NCBI GenBank assembly: GCA_036172245.1
Contig: JAYWIR010000007.1
Location: forward strand, 3,658,001-3,722,000
Origin: Raillietiella orientalis
Taxonomy: Eukaryota
Direction: 5' to 3'
DNA length: 64,000 nt
Of the stretch, positions 1-14,410 are shown piece by piece. A program made the translations under genes and the position numbers. Position 1 is the stretch's first letter. The number at the start of each line of letters is the position of its first letter. The notes below the pieces were generated by a model. It did not search any database and was not told the DNA's origin. It saw only the letters and a program-made list of their open reading frames with translations.

Positions 1-3000
1 AGCAATCCCTTTTTCGGTGGTGCAGCATACACACCGGAAGCGGATTCAAACCGAGAGTACCCCGATTTGCTCCTGCGAATCAACAGATATATCAGCATCC
101 ACCTTAATCGGCTCGTTCTCCGAACGCAGGTCGTTTTTTGGCGTTTGAGTTTTTGAAATCCTGAAAAAATAAACTGACACTCGTGCTCTTCTGTACACGA
201 GGTGTGTACAGATTTTTTGCAGCTCCGAACATTCGGTTCAAACATTCAAAAAACCCTTCTCGAAAATGCTTCTCCAATTTACATGGGAGCAGAATCTATT
301 TCCAGGAAGTGTGAACCAGTTTTGTAAACCTATTTCATTCATAGCGCCCTAATGATAGTGACGATGATTATATTCTAGTGGTAATCCTAAAGTTCTCGTA
401 TGTTCTTTCAACCGGTGTACAATGGAACAACCCTCGACGCACAATGAAATCTGCTTCACCCAAAACGAACGCAATGGTGCACCCACCCGCTCTTCGTGGA
501 GAAGAGGGCTGTGACCACTCACGGAACGCAGGTTCCCCAAGAGGTCAAACGGAACGATTCGCGATTTCATCTTTCACATACTCTCTGTGCTCACAGTTAA
601 CGGAAATTCCAAAACTACTTCCACAAAGCGGGAAAATGCAAACGCATCAACGTGCCACTCTTTTCCAGTGGCTGTTTGTGAGCAGCCTGAAATTTCAAAG
701 ACGACCATTCCCCAGACTGCCAACATCTGCGGAAAACCGATTCGCACCATCTGCTCGGTTTGGTAAAACTGGTTTTCTGGAAAACCAGACGCCAGCCCCT
801 GGTTCTCGAGCACTGTCGCAATTCGTGTAACACTGCAGTCACCTGCAGCAGAGCCTGAAGATTGAAATGGACCTTGGATACATAAACTCGGAGCTCCAGG
901 CGATCCCTAGTCGAGGAGAACTTCTTTTCCTTTGGAACGATTTCTTATCGAACTTTCCAGGGGTGACACCGCCACCGAACTCCTTGACCCGTTATCACTA
1001 TGGACGAAGCGTCACGTTATCCTCATCTTGCTAAATACACCACGCAGTCTCTCGGATCAAACGGACACACAAAAACCTAAAGGCACGTTTGCCAGGCGAG
1101 GAAGAAACGAAAACTTTTCCAACGCCACCTTCATCTGTACGGTTCTTCAGTTTCCAAGGCTTCGTGGTGAAAAAAAACTAGCACTCCTTACTCGAGCGCC
1201 ATGGGAACCCTCACCACAGAGAGATGATCACTGCATAGGACGAGCAAACAAACCATTTGTTAAGAGGGGGGGGGGGGAAGTTCTAAACGTGAAGTCAACG
1301 CGGCTAGAAAAGTCTCACCGCCCGGGATGCGAAAAAACTGATCAAAGGGTCCATCTAAGTGAAGAACACGTAAAGATGAAATGGAAATATTCCAGCGATT
1401 TTTTTTATTGATGCTTATTTTCATTTTCACATGGCAAAAAAGGAAAGAGGACGAAAAGGGGAGGGTCCTCGAATGAAAGAACTTCGTAATTCATCAGACA
1501 AACAAAACAAAGAAACTTTGGGCTGCCTTACTTAGGCAGGCCATTATAAATCAAGTGAGTTGGTAAGGAAAACTTGAATCCATCAAAATCTAAAACATCT
1601 ACATTTAATCTTTTCAAAGCGCTCGCAAGTTATTTTTAAAGTCGACATTCTCTCAGTCAGTCCCAACTTAGGATACTGTACACAATTCGTATAGGTGTGC
1701 CAGAAATTCGGAATTTCTTGAGGATTTTTCGATCCCCAACTCTACACTTTCGTATTTGGAGTGCCTGCGTACTCCCACTCCTTCGACACGTGTGGCTCCG
1801 GTCCCTCAGTTCTTTGAAATCCCAACCGAGGAGGCTCTCCTTTTCATAATAGGTTTTTTTTTTTTTTTTTTTTCCTTTTTTTTTGCCCACACACGAGACT
1901 GCACCACAGACCAAAAATCAGTGGGGATGCTATAAACATTCCTTTCATAAAGCTTCAAAAGTCTCGTGCTGATCGAGTTCTCACCACAAGGAAATGAATC
2001 TGTGCTTTTAAGGAACCATTTTATTGAATGCTCCCATCTGCATGGATTTCGAAACAAGATCGAAATTTCAATTCACACGGAAACACCGGCGGAATCTCCC
2101 CCCCTCCCCTCCCCCAGCACCACAAGTTCGATCTTCCCATCATAAGTGGAATCACACTCTCGGAATCTCTATTTGACACTCAAAGAGTAAAACCAGATGT
2201 TTGCCAGTACTCTTTAGGGGAAAACAGAAATGCTGCTGGCACACCAAAATACCGCATTCCGAATGGGGGGATGGGTAACACGGTTTTCAAGTAAATGCCA
2301 AAATAAGGCAAAAATTGTAAAAATAAAATGTAATGGGAAATTCGGAGTCCTTTGCTCCCCCCCCTCAACTGAATCAATTTAATTTTTTTTCATGTTCAAT
2401 CGCACGTACAGATCATAAGAAATTCATACCTTGTTAATTCAGCGTGAATGTATATGAAACATATGCACAGTGTTTCATTAAAATAGATAAACAAAACTGC
2501 AGCAGCACACTGATAAGGAAAAAATAATGTTGTAATAGTGACACAATAACCAATACAGCAACAAAAGAAAAAAAAATTTTCTATTGCTGATTTCAACTTT
2601 GATCATTTTTACTATATTGTAGTCTACCTTTTTCCCCAAAATTACAAGCAAACATCAGAAACAATAATACTTCAAACCATACATCAGTTTCTATTATGAC
2701 TACTGTTTTGAATCTACAGTACTTCCCTTGCTGTTATGGGTTTTGAGATTTGTAATGCATTCCTATGGTATATAATATATAAATACATAATTATTGTGCA
2801 TCTGGGATTGCAGGGGGCTATAATTTATGTGAATGTTTAATACACATAAAATTCAACAATCACAAAAGTTATATTTCTGCATCCCATATTCTTTGTGATT
2901 ATAGAGCTTAAGAATACAAATAAGTATTCAGTGAACTTCATTCAGTGGAATGGCATAAATGCTTTACAAAGAAAGCAAAAAGACACAAAGTGGTAATGCT

Positions 3001-6000
3001 ATTTCACTGAAAAGTGCTTTGCAAAAGTCACTTTCAAGAGCAATCACACAGCAATTAAAAATACAATACTGCTATGCAAGACCTTTGTCCTTATTGGCAA
3101 CTGTTTCAACGCAAGTGATCCCTTATAAAAAATGCTCTATATGCTAACTTAATATCAACAACGTGCTCTCCTTGTGTAATCAACAAGAGTTCTTCAATAG
3201 TAAACATTTCAATTTCATAGATCCTTAGAAGAAACACACTATAACAGCCTTCTCACATCCACAAAAAATTTTGCAGAAAGCTTCTTGGCCACCAGATACT
3301 CCAGAACTAATTCTGAATGGTGAGAAGCTGAATTCAACCACAGCAAGAGTGAACACAGTTAGTTCATATTTTGTTTATATTAAGTTTTCACTGATACGAC
3401 AAACCTTTGAAAAGTCGCAATTTATAATCCCTAATCCTATATGTTAGCCAGAAGTCTTAGACTGAGTATATATATCTCTTAATCAAAATCTCACTACAAT
3501 TTTCACAACAGCTGCAAGAATACTACATTGTAATACATATTTAACGAGAATGCACTAAAAAACACTAGTAAATCATTTCACAGTTTTTTCCTTATAAAAC
3601 ACTTCCCCTAAGTCAATCCAGGTCTACCTATAAAACCTTTCCCTAAAGTTCTACCACTAACACTCTTATAAGATGTGTGCAACTTAATTGGAATAAGTTA
3701 CATTTAGTGCTTGTGGGATTACAGAGCTAACGCGACACCTTGAAGCATTAAGTTGTGCTTCTTCAAAAATTTCCAAACACTTAACTTTAAAATTTTTAAC
3801 TTCCGATGTTTTCTATTCATAGGCAATATAAGCAATATTCAAAAAACTACTTACATTACTTCTGAACTAAATTCATGCTTTCATTGTTAACCAGAATTCA
3901 AAAATGGAAACCTTGTTTATGAGTAAATTACTTCTGTTGATCTTTAACTAGTATCAAACATAGCAATATCATTCAAGCACCTCGCTGGGAAAGTAACAGA
4001 GGCTTTCTTCTAAAAGAACACAAAAAATTCTTCACTTTATACAAACATACTTCACATACAAAACAAATTACGGTTTATATTATTTGCACAACATTACGAG
4101 TACACTTTAACAGAAAATTTCCCATTTCACAACTGAAAAAAAGACATCTAATGGATTCTTTCCTACTCCCCATACTTTTAAGTTTCCAGTTCGGCACACG
4201 GATTCCTCTCTGAACGAAAAGTGTTTGTTTTTGTTTTCTGAAGATATACCGACAAGTAATCTCCCCGTACGCATTTTAGAAGCGAAGAATGATTGCTTTT
4301 ACCATTTACGTGAACACTCGGTCGCTTAATCACTTGAAAATTGAAGTTTGCCTCATTCGCAGTGGTACAGAGTTTAAAAAAAATCCGAATTTTTGCATGG
4401 ACTGATTTAATAGATCCGAGATCGCGGATACCAGCACGGATACGTTCATGTAACAAGAAACCCATGTAGATGTTCATACACTTCCCAAGTGTTACATGTC
4501 ATCATGTGGTAAAGTGCTCAGGAGGCAATGCCTGTTCCAAGAAATCCCCTACACGTAACACGGCAGAGAGTTCGTGATTAGATCCATTCCATTGCTGTTA
4601 CTGGATCTGTTAGATCTCGACGCATCTTATGATTCGGTAAGGATTGCTGGAATCATTTCCAAATGAAGTATGAGTACAGCGAGTATCGACTCTTTCTATG
4701 CTGAGAATTGAAATTAACCTACCAAACCAAGAGGGACTTAAAGAAAAAAAAATACCCTGTCCCTAAAGACACTTTCATTTTCCTATCTAAACAAACCTTT
4801 GGGGAGTTCTGAAACTTGCAAGATTTCTTCGTTTCTACGACACATAATTCAAAATCGGTGAGATCTGCTACTTGATGTGGCGTGTTTTAAACACATAAAC
4901 CAACACTTTATAACAATACGGATCTTTTACACGTGCATTACTGATAAATTTCTTCGTTAATGAATATACAACAGATCTACACAAAAACCAACGTGCACAT
5001 TACAAGAAGAATGCCCAAGGATTTCGAAATGCAAAAAATATGTGCCCCGACTTGATTTTTTTCTTTTAGAAAAGCACAGTATTACGAAATAATTTTATTC
5101 GCCATCTCTCTTTACACTCATTTTGAGTTCTCTCTTTCACTTTCATTTTGTCTTCCCATGCAGATATTTCCCTTTTTTTGGAACCTTTATTTCTGAAGTT
5201 TGTTGACTGATCAGCACTTTATAATTTCATCAGGATGTATGAATTGCACATGTGTGTGAATACCTTTGGGGGAGATTCAATGACTAGCTAAATAATTTAC
5301 ACAAAAGCTTCTCGACACAATTTCGAGGCAACCACGAGCCTAAGCAGGGTCTCTCTGATGTTCTGTCTGATGCTTCAAAGTAAAATGCCTTGCAGAAGCA
5401 TATAATGTTCTTCATTGCAATTCGTTGGCAATTATTGCGGAAGCTTAACAAGGGAGATCGGAAATTAATTTAGAGATTTCAGGTGTCAGTGCTAAAAGGA
5501 AAACAACCAAATATCGTCAGCGTCAGGCAAGTTCTGCACTCGAAAAAAAGAAAAGCATTTTGGGAGAAACTTCAAGTTTGAAATTGAAATGCTACGTGCT
5601 CTAAGAGTGCAGAAGGTAGAGCAGACAAATGATTGAAGTTTACATTTTGCCATGACGAATGAGCTTTGATGGAAAATATTGGCAAAGTAGTCTTAAGCAC
5701 GCATTCCAGAATGGTTGAGTGATTAAGTAGGACATATGAATTCAGAATAATGTAAAAAAAAAAAAAAAAAAATGCAAAGAGATACGAAATTTCCTATGTC
5801 AAAATTGTTATGGCTTTCCAAAGTTTACACGAAGAACGGAGACAACTATAATTCATGATGCATGCATCAGGTTTTCCACAGAAATATTTTAGTATTTCTG
5901 TAAAAACGGATATCATTATATATTGTTTCCGTTTTCGTACTGCGCTAGCATAGTAATATACAGTGATGTCTGTTTGAATTTGAGATATTTAGATTTCTTA

Positions 6001-9000
6001 CTGTGCCACACAAAGTGCAATAATCAGAAGTTTATGCAATAGAAGCCACGGTCTCTGAAATTTCTACTGAAACTGAAAGCAAAATAAGAAACTAACTAGA
6101 AACTTCTTGTGCAATGGGTAGAAACTTTTTGAGCAAAAAAAAACTTCCGGAAAACGTTCAAGGTATCAAAAATAAAACTCATTTGTATTTCAAGACAGTG
6201 AAGTAGATTCTTTCCTTAAAATAAAATTCCTTAAAGGGCACCTTCATCGAGGAAGGAAAATGGTAGAAAATTTCCAATTTTTCTTTTTTTCCTCTCATCT
6301 GTTCTATATGAAGTGCATTTACATGGCGAGCAGGAAGTTTACGGATATGTAGAGTAAGTACAGGAAGACAGAGGTTTCTTTCTTCAACCTTTTGATTCGT
6401 AGACACTCATGAATCGCCAGGACTTGACGAAAATCGACGATTCCTCTCTCTAAGAGCCTTTCACCTGTTGTTGCCCTGCTTTCTTTTTTGTCCTGCATGG
6501 AATCTTGTTGAAACTCACAAACTCTCGGATGCTTCGTTACCTTTCTTAGGTCAAATGTGAAAACAGGAACTCAAGAGTTCGAGTGTTCATTTTGAGTGTT
6601 TCGTTAGCACCAGGTTCTCTCGCCTAATAGCCTGGAGCCGAATCCTTTTTTTATGGTGTGTTGTCCAATTCAACTTTCGTGTCAGTGTTCAAACCTTCAA
6701 TTCGTAGAGTTTGCTTTGCAGCGAAGCAGTAACACCTGTGTTGGGTAAACTTGGGAAAAGTAGGGAGCCAGAAAGTCAGTTCATTTGGAGCAATTGAAAG
6801 AGAAAAAAAATCAGATTATGTAAACTGATATCTTTCGCCAATGTAACCGAATTATAAGGAGACCGAAGCGTTTAATTCGAGGATCAGTGACTTTCAGTAT
6901 AGAGATAGAAGCAAGGCATTCGTTAGTGGAACCATTGCTCTTAAAAAAGGCAACTAGCATGATGACTTTTGTCCAAAGCATGAGCGACAGGGAACAGAAA
7001 AATAACTCCCGTTGTATATAATGAAGAAATGATGGGTTGCTTGAAGCTGTGAAAGTAACAAGGATAGAAACCCCCTGAGAATGAACCAACGTCGCCTATT
7101 TTGGAGGAAGAAGGCAATGAATCTGAACTCATTCACTCAGAGAGTATAAGAACGTCAAGCGTAACATATGGAAGCATCTTGAGTATGGTTTCGGAAGCAG
7201 AAAAGAATGCTCTAGAAAATGAATGCGTGAGAATGCTGATGGTTCCTGAAAACGAAGCAACTTTAGCGATCTTCGAGCACGGAAGAAACATCAACAAGAT
7301 CTGAGCAAAAAGCAGCAACTCTGCTGAGTAATCAAGAAAATCCAATTACTGAATAAAAAATGTTTTAGATTGGTGCGCAACGATGAAGTCACTCCTCTAT
7401 CTGAGACTCACATCTCATTCTACTCATCAGGGTGAAAAATAATACTGAGAAAAATTGAAACAGACTTTCATTAAATGAACTGTGAAATTGTCAAGTAATA
7501 AACCCATATGGAAAATAGATGAGACCTCAAGGATTCGATGGCTTGCCTGCCATGGGAAGCAGAAAAAAAAAAAAAAGAAAAAGATAACAGTTTTAAATTG
7601 TACAAGGAAGATCACGAAGTTTCATCAGGAAAATCATCAGTTTCATCATTCAGTTTTATCGTGAAAAAGGCAGAGACAATCAGCAAATAAGGACGTCAGA
7701 GACAGGAGAAGGCACGCAGACACTTTTAAGACAACGACCTCGACTGCGTTGGTGTTGGATCTGCTATTGATGTGTAATCAGCTGGGAAAATTACCGAAAA
7801 GTAGCCCCCCCTAATCTTCAAGCTAACCAACATTTTGTCCAGAGGCAGTAAAAGGATTAGGAACCAATTACATGCACCTAGCCCAAAAGTCCCGGAGCGA
7901 GGACCGCGGTTTCGACGCGGCTTGCAAACCTGAATTTCAAAATGCCCTTCTTCACAAACCAGATCAGAATACCAGTCTGCCCTTGCATCCTGGAGAGTTC
8001 CTTCCGTGGTTAGAGCGGTTTATCGAAGGAAGGTTCGCGTGCTGGCACAGATTTCTAACGGAAGTCAGTCACGGATGTTCGCTGTTGTTGGATGGAACCA
8101 ACCGACTAGAGATGAATTTAAAGCGCAGTATTTGCGTGTGATATCAGGGCCGAATGGAAGATCATTACTCAAAGTATCAAATGGATGTTCTGTGGAGCAG
8201 AAAAAGAAAGAGAAAAAGAAAGAAAACCATATTTCTGCTCTTTCGAATCATCTTGACCCCGCATGCTATTTTGCAGAAGAAAGTGTCTTCCGAAATTCAT
8301 TTAACGCCCTCACCAGGTGTTCGCATCCACACATCCTCTCTGACGCTTTCAAAGATAGGTTGGGCCTGAGCACCCATCTTTGACCGAAGAAGGAGAACGG
8401 GATGGATTTGCGGCAGCAAACACCCAATTTCGATCGGAAACGTGAGCAATCGCGAGAATGTACTGCAAGGTCATTATGTGTGACCAGACGGTCGAGGAAC
8501 TTCGACAACATGATGCTCACAGTTTCCACACTTAAAGAATAGCAGCGTTAAAAGAAGCAATGGTTTCCGTTGCTCCTCCATTGTGTGGTGCTATTTCTGA
8601 AGACATATCCTGGCACTCTGGTGGATTGCAATATTGGATGTCGCTTCCGAATGACGAATGTAGCAAACGATGGCACGAAACGGAAGGAAGGGGCTGTAAG
8701 TCCAAGGAAGCAGCTATTGCTGAACTGAACCCGTATTGAATTGTTCCTACGCTGCGTGCGGCTCATATCCTGATACACTTTAAATGGAGGTCGCGAAGAT
8801 CAGAGGCGTTGCTGAGCGTTCATATGGGGTGTGTAACCCAACCCATCACTTCGATGTTACAGACATTCTTCCCAATGTTTCGACAAATGGTTAAAATTAA
8901 AGGAACGGTTCTCTTGTCTTCAATGATGCTGCGTATTTGACAACTTGAATCACTGCTTTCCAGGTGCTTGAATCACGATTTTCAGGGAATTCGGGGAAAT

Positions 9001-9264
9001 CAGTTTGCAGCTCACTTGTCTCCTCAGAAGTTCTTTGGGCTACGAATTCCAGCAATTCTATTGTCAGCAAACAACCATTAATCAAAATAGACTTCTGCTC
9101 CGTGAGGATCTGGTTAGCTGGAGCCTGAAGCTTACAAGAAGAGTAGGAAAGTGACGTCTGAGAGGCTGTTTTTCTAATTTTCTTCTCTCTTTGGGCAAGT
9201 CCTCGTGGCGCATGCTCTCCCTTCACCTTCGTGCCGTTTCCATGCAGTGTGAACAGCTGTTGCC

Positions 9265-10002
9265 TTTTTTTTTTGGGGGGGGGGAGGGAGGGTTCTCAAA
9301 GTGCTGAAGAACGGTCCGCCTCCTCGAAGGGGTTCACGAAGCTTTTCAACACCGTCCACGCCACCCGAGGGTGAGCGTTACTCTTCAAGCTAGGGAGAGT
9401 AACCTCGGAGGGACCTCCCTATGAATCCAGGAAGGCTCCGGAGGAAGGAGTCCATTCCTCTGAAGCATGGAAGGGAACCTCTTTCTTGTTCTCTCTAGAG
9501 AGCTCCCTAGGAGGAAGTCACTCCTCATTTCTTCTCTGAATGAAGCTCGCAAGGAAACCGCTCCTCTATTCCTCTTCTCAAGAGAGCGGCGCAAGGGACA
9601 CTTCCCGATTTCTGTGAAGGGCGCTTTCCCGAAGGGAGCAGCGCGTTTCCTGACCCTCTATAGATGCAATCTCCTAGAGGGTTGTTCAACCAGATCCATG
9701 GTATGTGAGCTCGCCCCACTTTCACAACCAGAGGAGAATGTCTCCTTGATTCCTGGAAGGACTCTAGAGTGTCAACTTCCCAACCCAGTTAGTCAACGGG
9801 GGACTGTTTCCATCAGTGCTGCTCCCGAATCGGTCAGCCAGCGTCATCCTGAGGAAGAAGGCAGGGGGGGAAGGGAGACTTGGAACCCCTGACGCATCCC
9901 ACATTTCTCGGTGCCGATTCTCCACGTGGGGATTCGAATTCTCACCGCCTGGTATCATGCGTGCAGAGACGTTGGCAGCCACACGGGCCGCCAACGCGGG
10001 CC
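9265..10002 (-). mobile_element. tRNA-derived SINE-like element, copy 1
   Basis: Minus-strand head with a B-box-like GAATTCGAATCC (9930-9941). The body shares CCCTATGAATCCA(G/A)GAAGG (9417) with the other copies. A T-run (A tail on minus) lies at 9265-9274. Confidence 0.65.
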
Positions 10003-10331
10003 AACCGTTGCGGAATGCGAACAAGAGTCGCAGGAAGAGCTCACCCACAACTGAAACCGAAATCTGGATCAGTCGTCAAGAGGAGTCCCGAAATTTTCGA
10101 AATGCAGAAAATGAAACGAAGGTTTGAAGATCTCGAAATCTGGGTAAATAGCAGTCCACTTTTTCGAACAGGAAGATCAACTTTGGAGTGATCAAACGTT
10201 CACAAGCGGATACCTCTTAAACTCGGTACGTAAAAGTATTGCAATGACGTAAGTACGGTTGTATAATAGGAGTGAGACATATTCGAATTGCCTACAAGAA
10301 TCCGGCTAGGTTTGCTGGTAGCAACGGTAAA

Positions 10332-10718
10332 TCAATGTGACGATGGGATGGTGGTCCTTGGCGAAGGTGCTCTCGCGTCTCTCTCAGCCCCGGGGCTACT
10401 CACTGCGGAAACTCCTCCCGGATTCTTTGGGCGTCCCAAAGGTCCCAACTTCTTATTCCCTCGACGGGAACCAACGTCGGCATCCGCGCGCGGGCTCATT
10501 GGGTCCGAGTTGTGCTGCAGAGTCTGCCTCTTCCCGGTCAGACTCTCATGGCTGATTGCTGCGGCCTCGTTTCTAACGGAGCGGCTCGCAAAGAGATCCG
10601 GGCGAAGGGGGGACTTGTCTTGCCGAGTTTCCTCGTTCAGCAGGACTCGGGCGGCCGTTGCGCTGCGCGACGATGGCCAACGTCCGACGCCTTCCTCTTC
10701 GTCTCGGATGACCATCAC
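10332..10718 (-). mobile_element. Degenerate DNA-transposase fragment (hATm-like, inferred)
   Basis: Translation ...SSRSATAA...RNEAAAI...LQHNSD...KKLGPLGRPKNPGG resembles the VSxRxA...LHWDGK...KLLGVPKxxxGTG motif order as I recall it. No search was run. Confidence 0.3.
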
Positions 10719-12648
10719 GTACGCTTCGTGCCCCTCGGAAAAACGCCCTCCGCAGCATGAGTCCCGCAGGAAGGCATCTCAGGAGCCGAAAATGCAGGAA
10801 AACCACTCCAAGGAAGCTGAGAGAAAGCATCCCAAAAAGCATCAGATAACGCGAGTCCGAGTCTCGCAGCTTCCTTCAAACTTCTCTGGGATGCGTGTTC
10901 TTTTCTTCCCATTGTGCTGGTGAACCTGTCTTTTGTTAGCAAACTCGAGAAGGAAGGATCTGCCCTGTCGACTTGAAAGTTTGGACTCCTCAAGACTGGC
11001 TCGTGAGGCGAGGAGCTGATCCTACAGAGACTCGGAACTTCCCCTTCCTCCTGTGAACTGAGACTCCTCACTGTGGAGTCGCGTTCTCGAGTCAGAGAGC
11101 TGCGGAAGGTCCCTCCGAGGAGGCAGCGGGAGGGAGGCTGCCAGTGCAATCATGGTCAGGGAAAGCAAAGGCAAAGAGAACTCACGGGACCGAGGATGGT
11201 GAGAAGAGGGTGGTGCTGCTGATCCGTGAGTGTCCTTCCCAACGATTCACATCGCGCAAAACATTCCAGACGGACACACGTTGCCAGACTTCGGCGTTTT
11301 CCGGAACTGCCAGAAGCCCGAGAAGCCCACTCGGTCGGCCTCCCAGAAGGAAGGGATGCGACGCGCGACTACTCATGCTGCGCGCGCGTGACCATCATGC
11401 AGCGGAGGAGATGCAGCCCGCTTATCGCATAAGCGTGCCCATGTCGGAGCAAAAGCCCGTCTGTCGACATGGTTACTACAGGAAACGAAGACAAAAAAAA
11501 AAAAAATCCAAGGTGGATTCGGTGAAGGAACGAAAGAAACTGTTGGTGGAAGACTTCTTCCTAAGCGTGACTGGAGACCTGTTCGATCAAAGAGGCTCAC
11601 CCTTCCCTCACGAGTACATCCAAATTCTTGACACATGAGTCCGCTTTCCGCACAGTCAGCTTGGTGAGGAGAGTTAGTGTATTCGGATTCTGGCAGCTGA
11701 GTAAGTTGCATCCGATTATTCTCAATTCAAAATTTATTTAGTTAATACTAAAAATATTTCAAGAAGCCGTGGAAGATGCATGTCACTGAAGTGCAAGGAA
11801 TCCACACGTGATCAGCAAAAAATCTGCCATTCGTCCTCTCTCCCATCTTCCTTCTGCAAGTGCTGGTGGTCGTGCCACGACCTCATGGGATGCGGCAGCG
11901 CGAGGTGACCGCAACGAGCCTCTGGACATACGGGGGAAGTTTGTGCTGTCCTCGCATTCGTCCAGATAGTAAATCCGCTGTCGTTTCATGGACAGTGCCT
12001 GAAGAACGGCAAGCAGGCTGTTTCCCGGAGCAAAATGGAGGATCTAAGCGAGTGCTGGATGAGGCTCCATCTAGAAAACCACTCCGTTTAATGGAAGCGA
12101 TAGAGTTCCTTTTTTCTCTGGTAAAAGCCCACATCAGAGCGATCTGTTAATGACTGTTTTTATTGCACTGACGTCTCTCGAGATTAGGGTCTTTGATGCG
12201 GATCCAGGCACGTAAAGAATTACTTTGTTCTCTCTTGGCTGCAAGCTGCGAAGAGAACAGTGGAGTTTGTGTTTGTTAACAAGGAGCTGACGAATTTAGC
12301 AATTGAGAGCAAGCAAGAAGAGGACAAGATGGAGACGGGACCGTCACGGGCGGAATTCAAACTCGCTGAGGGGGGTAGGTCACGCAGCCGCCTGCGAACA
12401 GGACCACACCTCCTCACGAGGAGAGCTCCATGTCAGACAGAGGTGCAGTCGGTCCCCCCATCCCGCTTTTTCTCTGTGATTCCTTCTCCGTGATTGGCTT
12501 TCTGTTTCGGCTCAGTTTGCCAGGGTTCAAAGTGCAGTGCAGGGTTCAGCAGGTGCACCAACAGTCTGGAATCTCAACGCGGACACGCTTCATGCACGTT
12601 TCTTGGAGGTTCGATGAGGAGCAGACGCATCTGCTGCCCCTGACTTCG

Positions 12649-13422
12649 TTTTTTTTTTGTTTTTGTTCCCGAAGTCCCGAGCTCCGTGAACCTCTTGCCT
12701 AGAGGCTCACGGAGCTCTTTAGCGTTGTCCACCCCACTCGAGGGTGCGTGCAACTCTTCAAGTTAGGGGAGAGGGTGACCCCAGAGGGACCACCCTATGA
12801 ATCCAGGAAGGTTCCGGAGGGAGGAGTCCATTTCCGAAAGGGGCCTCTTCCTTATTCTCTCCAGTGGGGCCCTCAGAGGAGTTATTCTTTGTTTCTTCTC
12901 CGAAGGAAGAAACGAAGAGTTCAATTCCGATATTACTCCTCCAGAGGGAACCCCCAAAAGGGAACCGCTCCTCGTTTCCTCCTCTGAAGAGAACCCCGAA
13001 GGAAAGCTTCTTAATTTCTTTGAAGGGCGCTCCCTGAAGGAAATAGTGCTGCTCCTTGACACTCTGGAGACGCAACTCCCCGATAGGGTATCAATCAGAT
13101 CCACGGTACACGATGCAGTTCTGTTCTCCCATAGTGGGTAGGTGGGCGGGAACGAATCTATTTCCACAGCTGGAGGGGAACCACGAAGGAAACCGGATCC
13201 TTGACTTCTGGAAGGACCTCAGAGGGGCCCACTTCCAATCTCGGCCAGTCACCGGGGGCATCCGACTCCCACCGAATTGCCGCAATCGAATCTGCGGGAG
13301 GAACTCGAAACTCATAACTCACCCATTTCTCGGCCCCGATCCTTCCTCGGGCGGGATTCGAACCCTCGATGATTGGCACCGTGCGCAGAGAGCGTGGCTG
13401 CACGTCGTCCGCCAAAACGGGC
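12649..13422 (-). mobile_element. tRNA-derived SINE-like element, copy 2
   Basis: B box GGTTCGAATCC (13354-13364, minus). Shared body motifs at 12793 and 12961. T-run at 12649-12664. Confidence 0.7.
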
Positions 13423-13499
13423 AGCACTTTGTCGTGGTCCCTTTGTCCTCACGACGAGCTCCGGCACATTTCCGTTACCCGAACGCGGAATCAAAGAAA

Positions 13500-14410
13500 C
13501 GTTCAGAAGCTTCTACCTGACTCCTTCAAGATTCTTCGTCGGGGACTTCGACCCTGTTCTGTTGTCGACGCTACTATCCACGTCTTTCGTGTTTCGAGTC
13601 TTCTTAAACATCAATCTTTAAAACTGCTGCCTTTTCGAAAGCAGCCGGACTGCTGGAATTTCCTGGCTGGACGCCGTTTCCGGCACCCTCCTGCCAGGTC
13701 CATATCAAAAGTTCAGGAGCTGGGTCACGAGCTGGATAGCAGGACGGTCGCTTTCGATACGCATCAGAGGCATCAGGTGAGACGGTGACGGTCGGTCCCG
13801 ACGGTCAGGTCCATCATCGGACGGGCGCCTCGGGACGAACGAATCCGGGCTTGTCGGAAGGATCTCTCAGGAGGACACACATGGGGACCACGCGAGGAAG
13901 CTTGCTGTTGCCATCACGGTCGAGTTCTGAGTTCCGGCAGATCGAGGTCGCACGGGCCAGGTCTCCTGGAGCACTTAGGAAGAGGAGACCCTGGTAGAAA
14001 GCAGCACATCTGAGGATCCTCCTGAGCTGGCGCTGATCATCCCAGCTCGTCTCACCTGCATGGCTGTGGTTTTCCAAACACGGTGCATGTCGAGCACGAT
14101 GGTGCCACCCTCCTTAAAAGAAAAGAAAAAAATCTCTGGTCCCTCCGCTGAGGATTTTTGTCAAGAGAGGGTGCGGCGAGCTCCACAGAGTGACGTGTGA
14201 ACTGCCGAAAATCCAGGAGCTCAAAACGCTTTTCGGAGTTCCCTCGTTCGAAAAAAACAGGCAAATGCATCGATGTTCAGCTGACGACAGCCACGTCGCG
14301 GATTCTGCATCTCGTAGAACGTCTCGAAATACCTCCATCGGCCTTTGTCGGCGAATCGCGCCGTTGAGCGAAGTTCTGGGCCGGTTGCTGCTGCCGCTGC
14401 AAGTCATTCT
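13500..14410 (-). mobile_element. Degenerate DNA-transposase fragment (hATm-like, inferred)
   Basis: Frameshifted pieces RHSVELAA..L, HHRAR and FY...FLSAPGDL appear in the expected order. Confidence 0.35.

Noticed and set aside
191..785. Short inverted repeats (CTGTACAC/GTGTACAG near 191-211; CTGGTTTTC/GAAAACCAG near 769-788)
   Set aside because: Stems of 8-9 bp with no supporting context (no element ends or RNA gene), so they cannot be distinguished from chance.
55..1030. Possible minus-strand exons of a neighbouring gene (e.g. ISKTQTPKNDLRSENEPIKVDAD near 60-161)
   Set aside because: One plausible acceptor and short frame, but no recognisable protein and no consistent exon chain.
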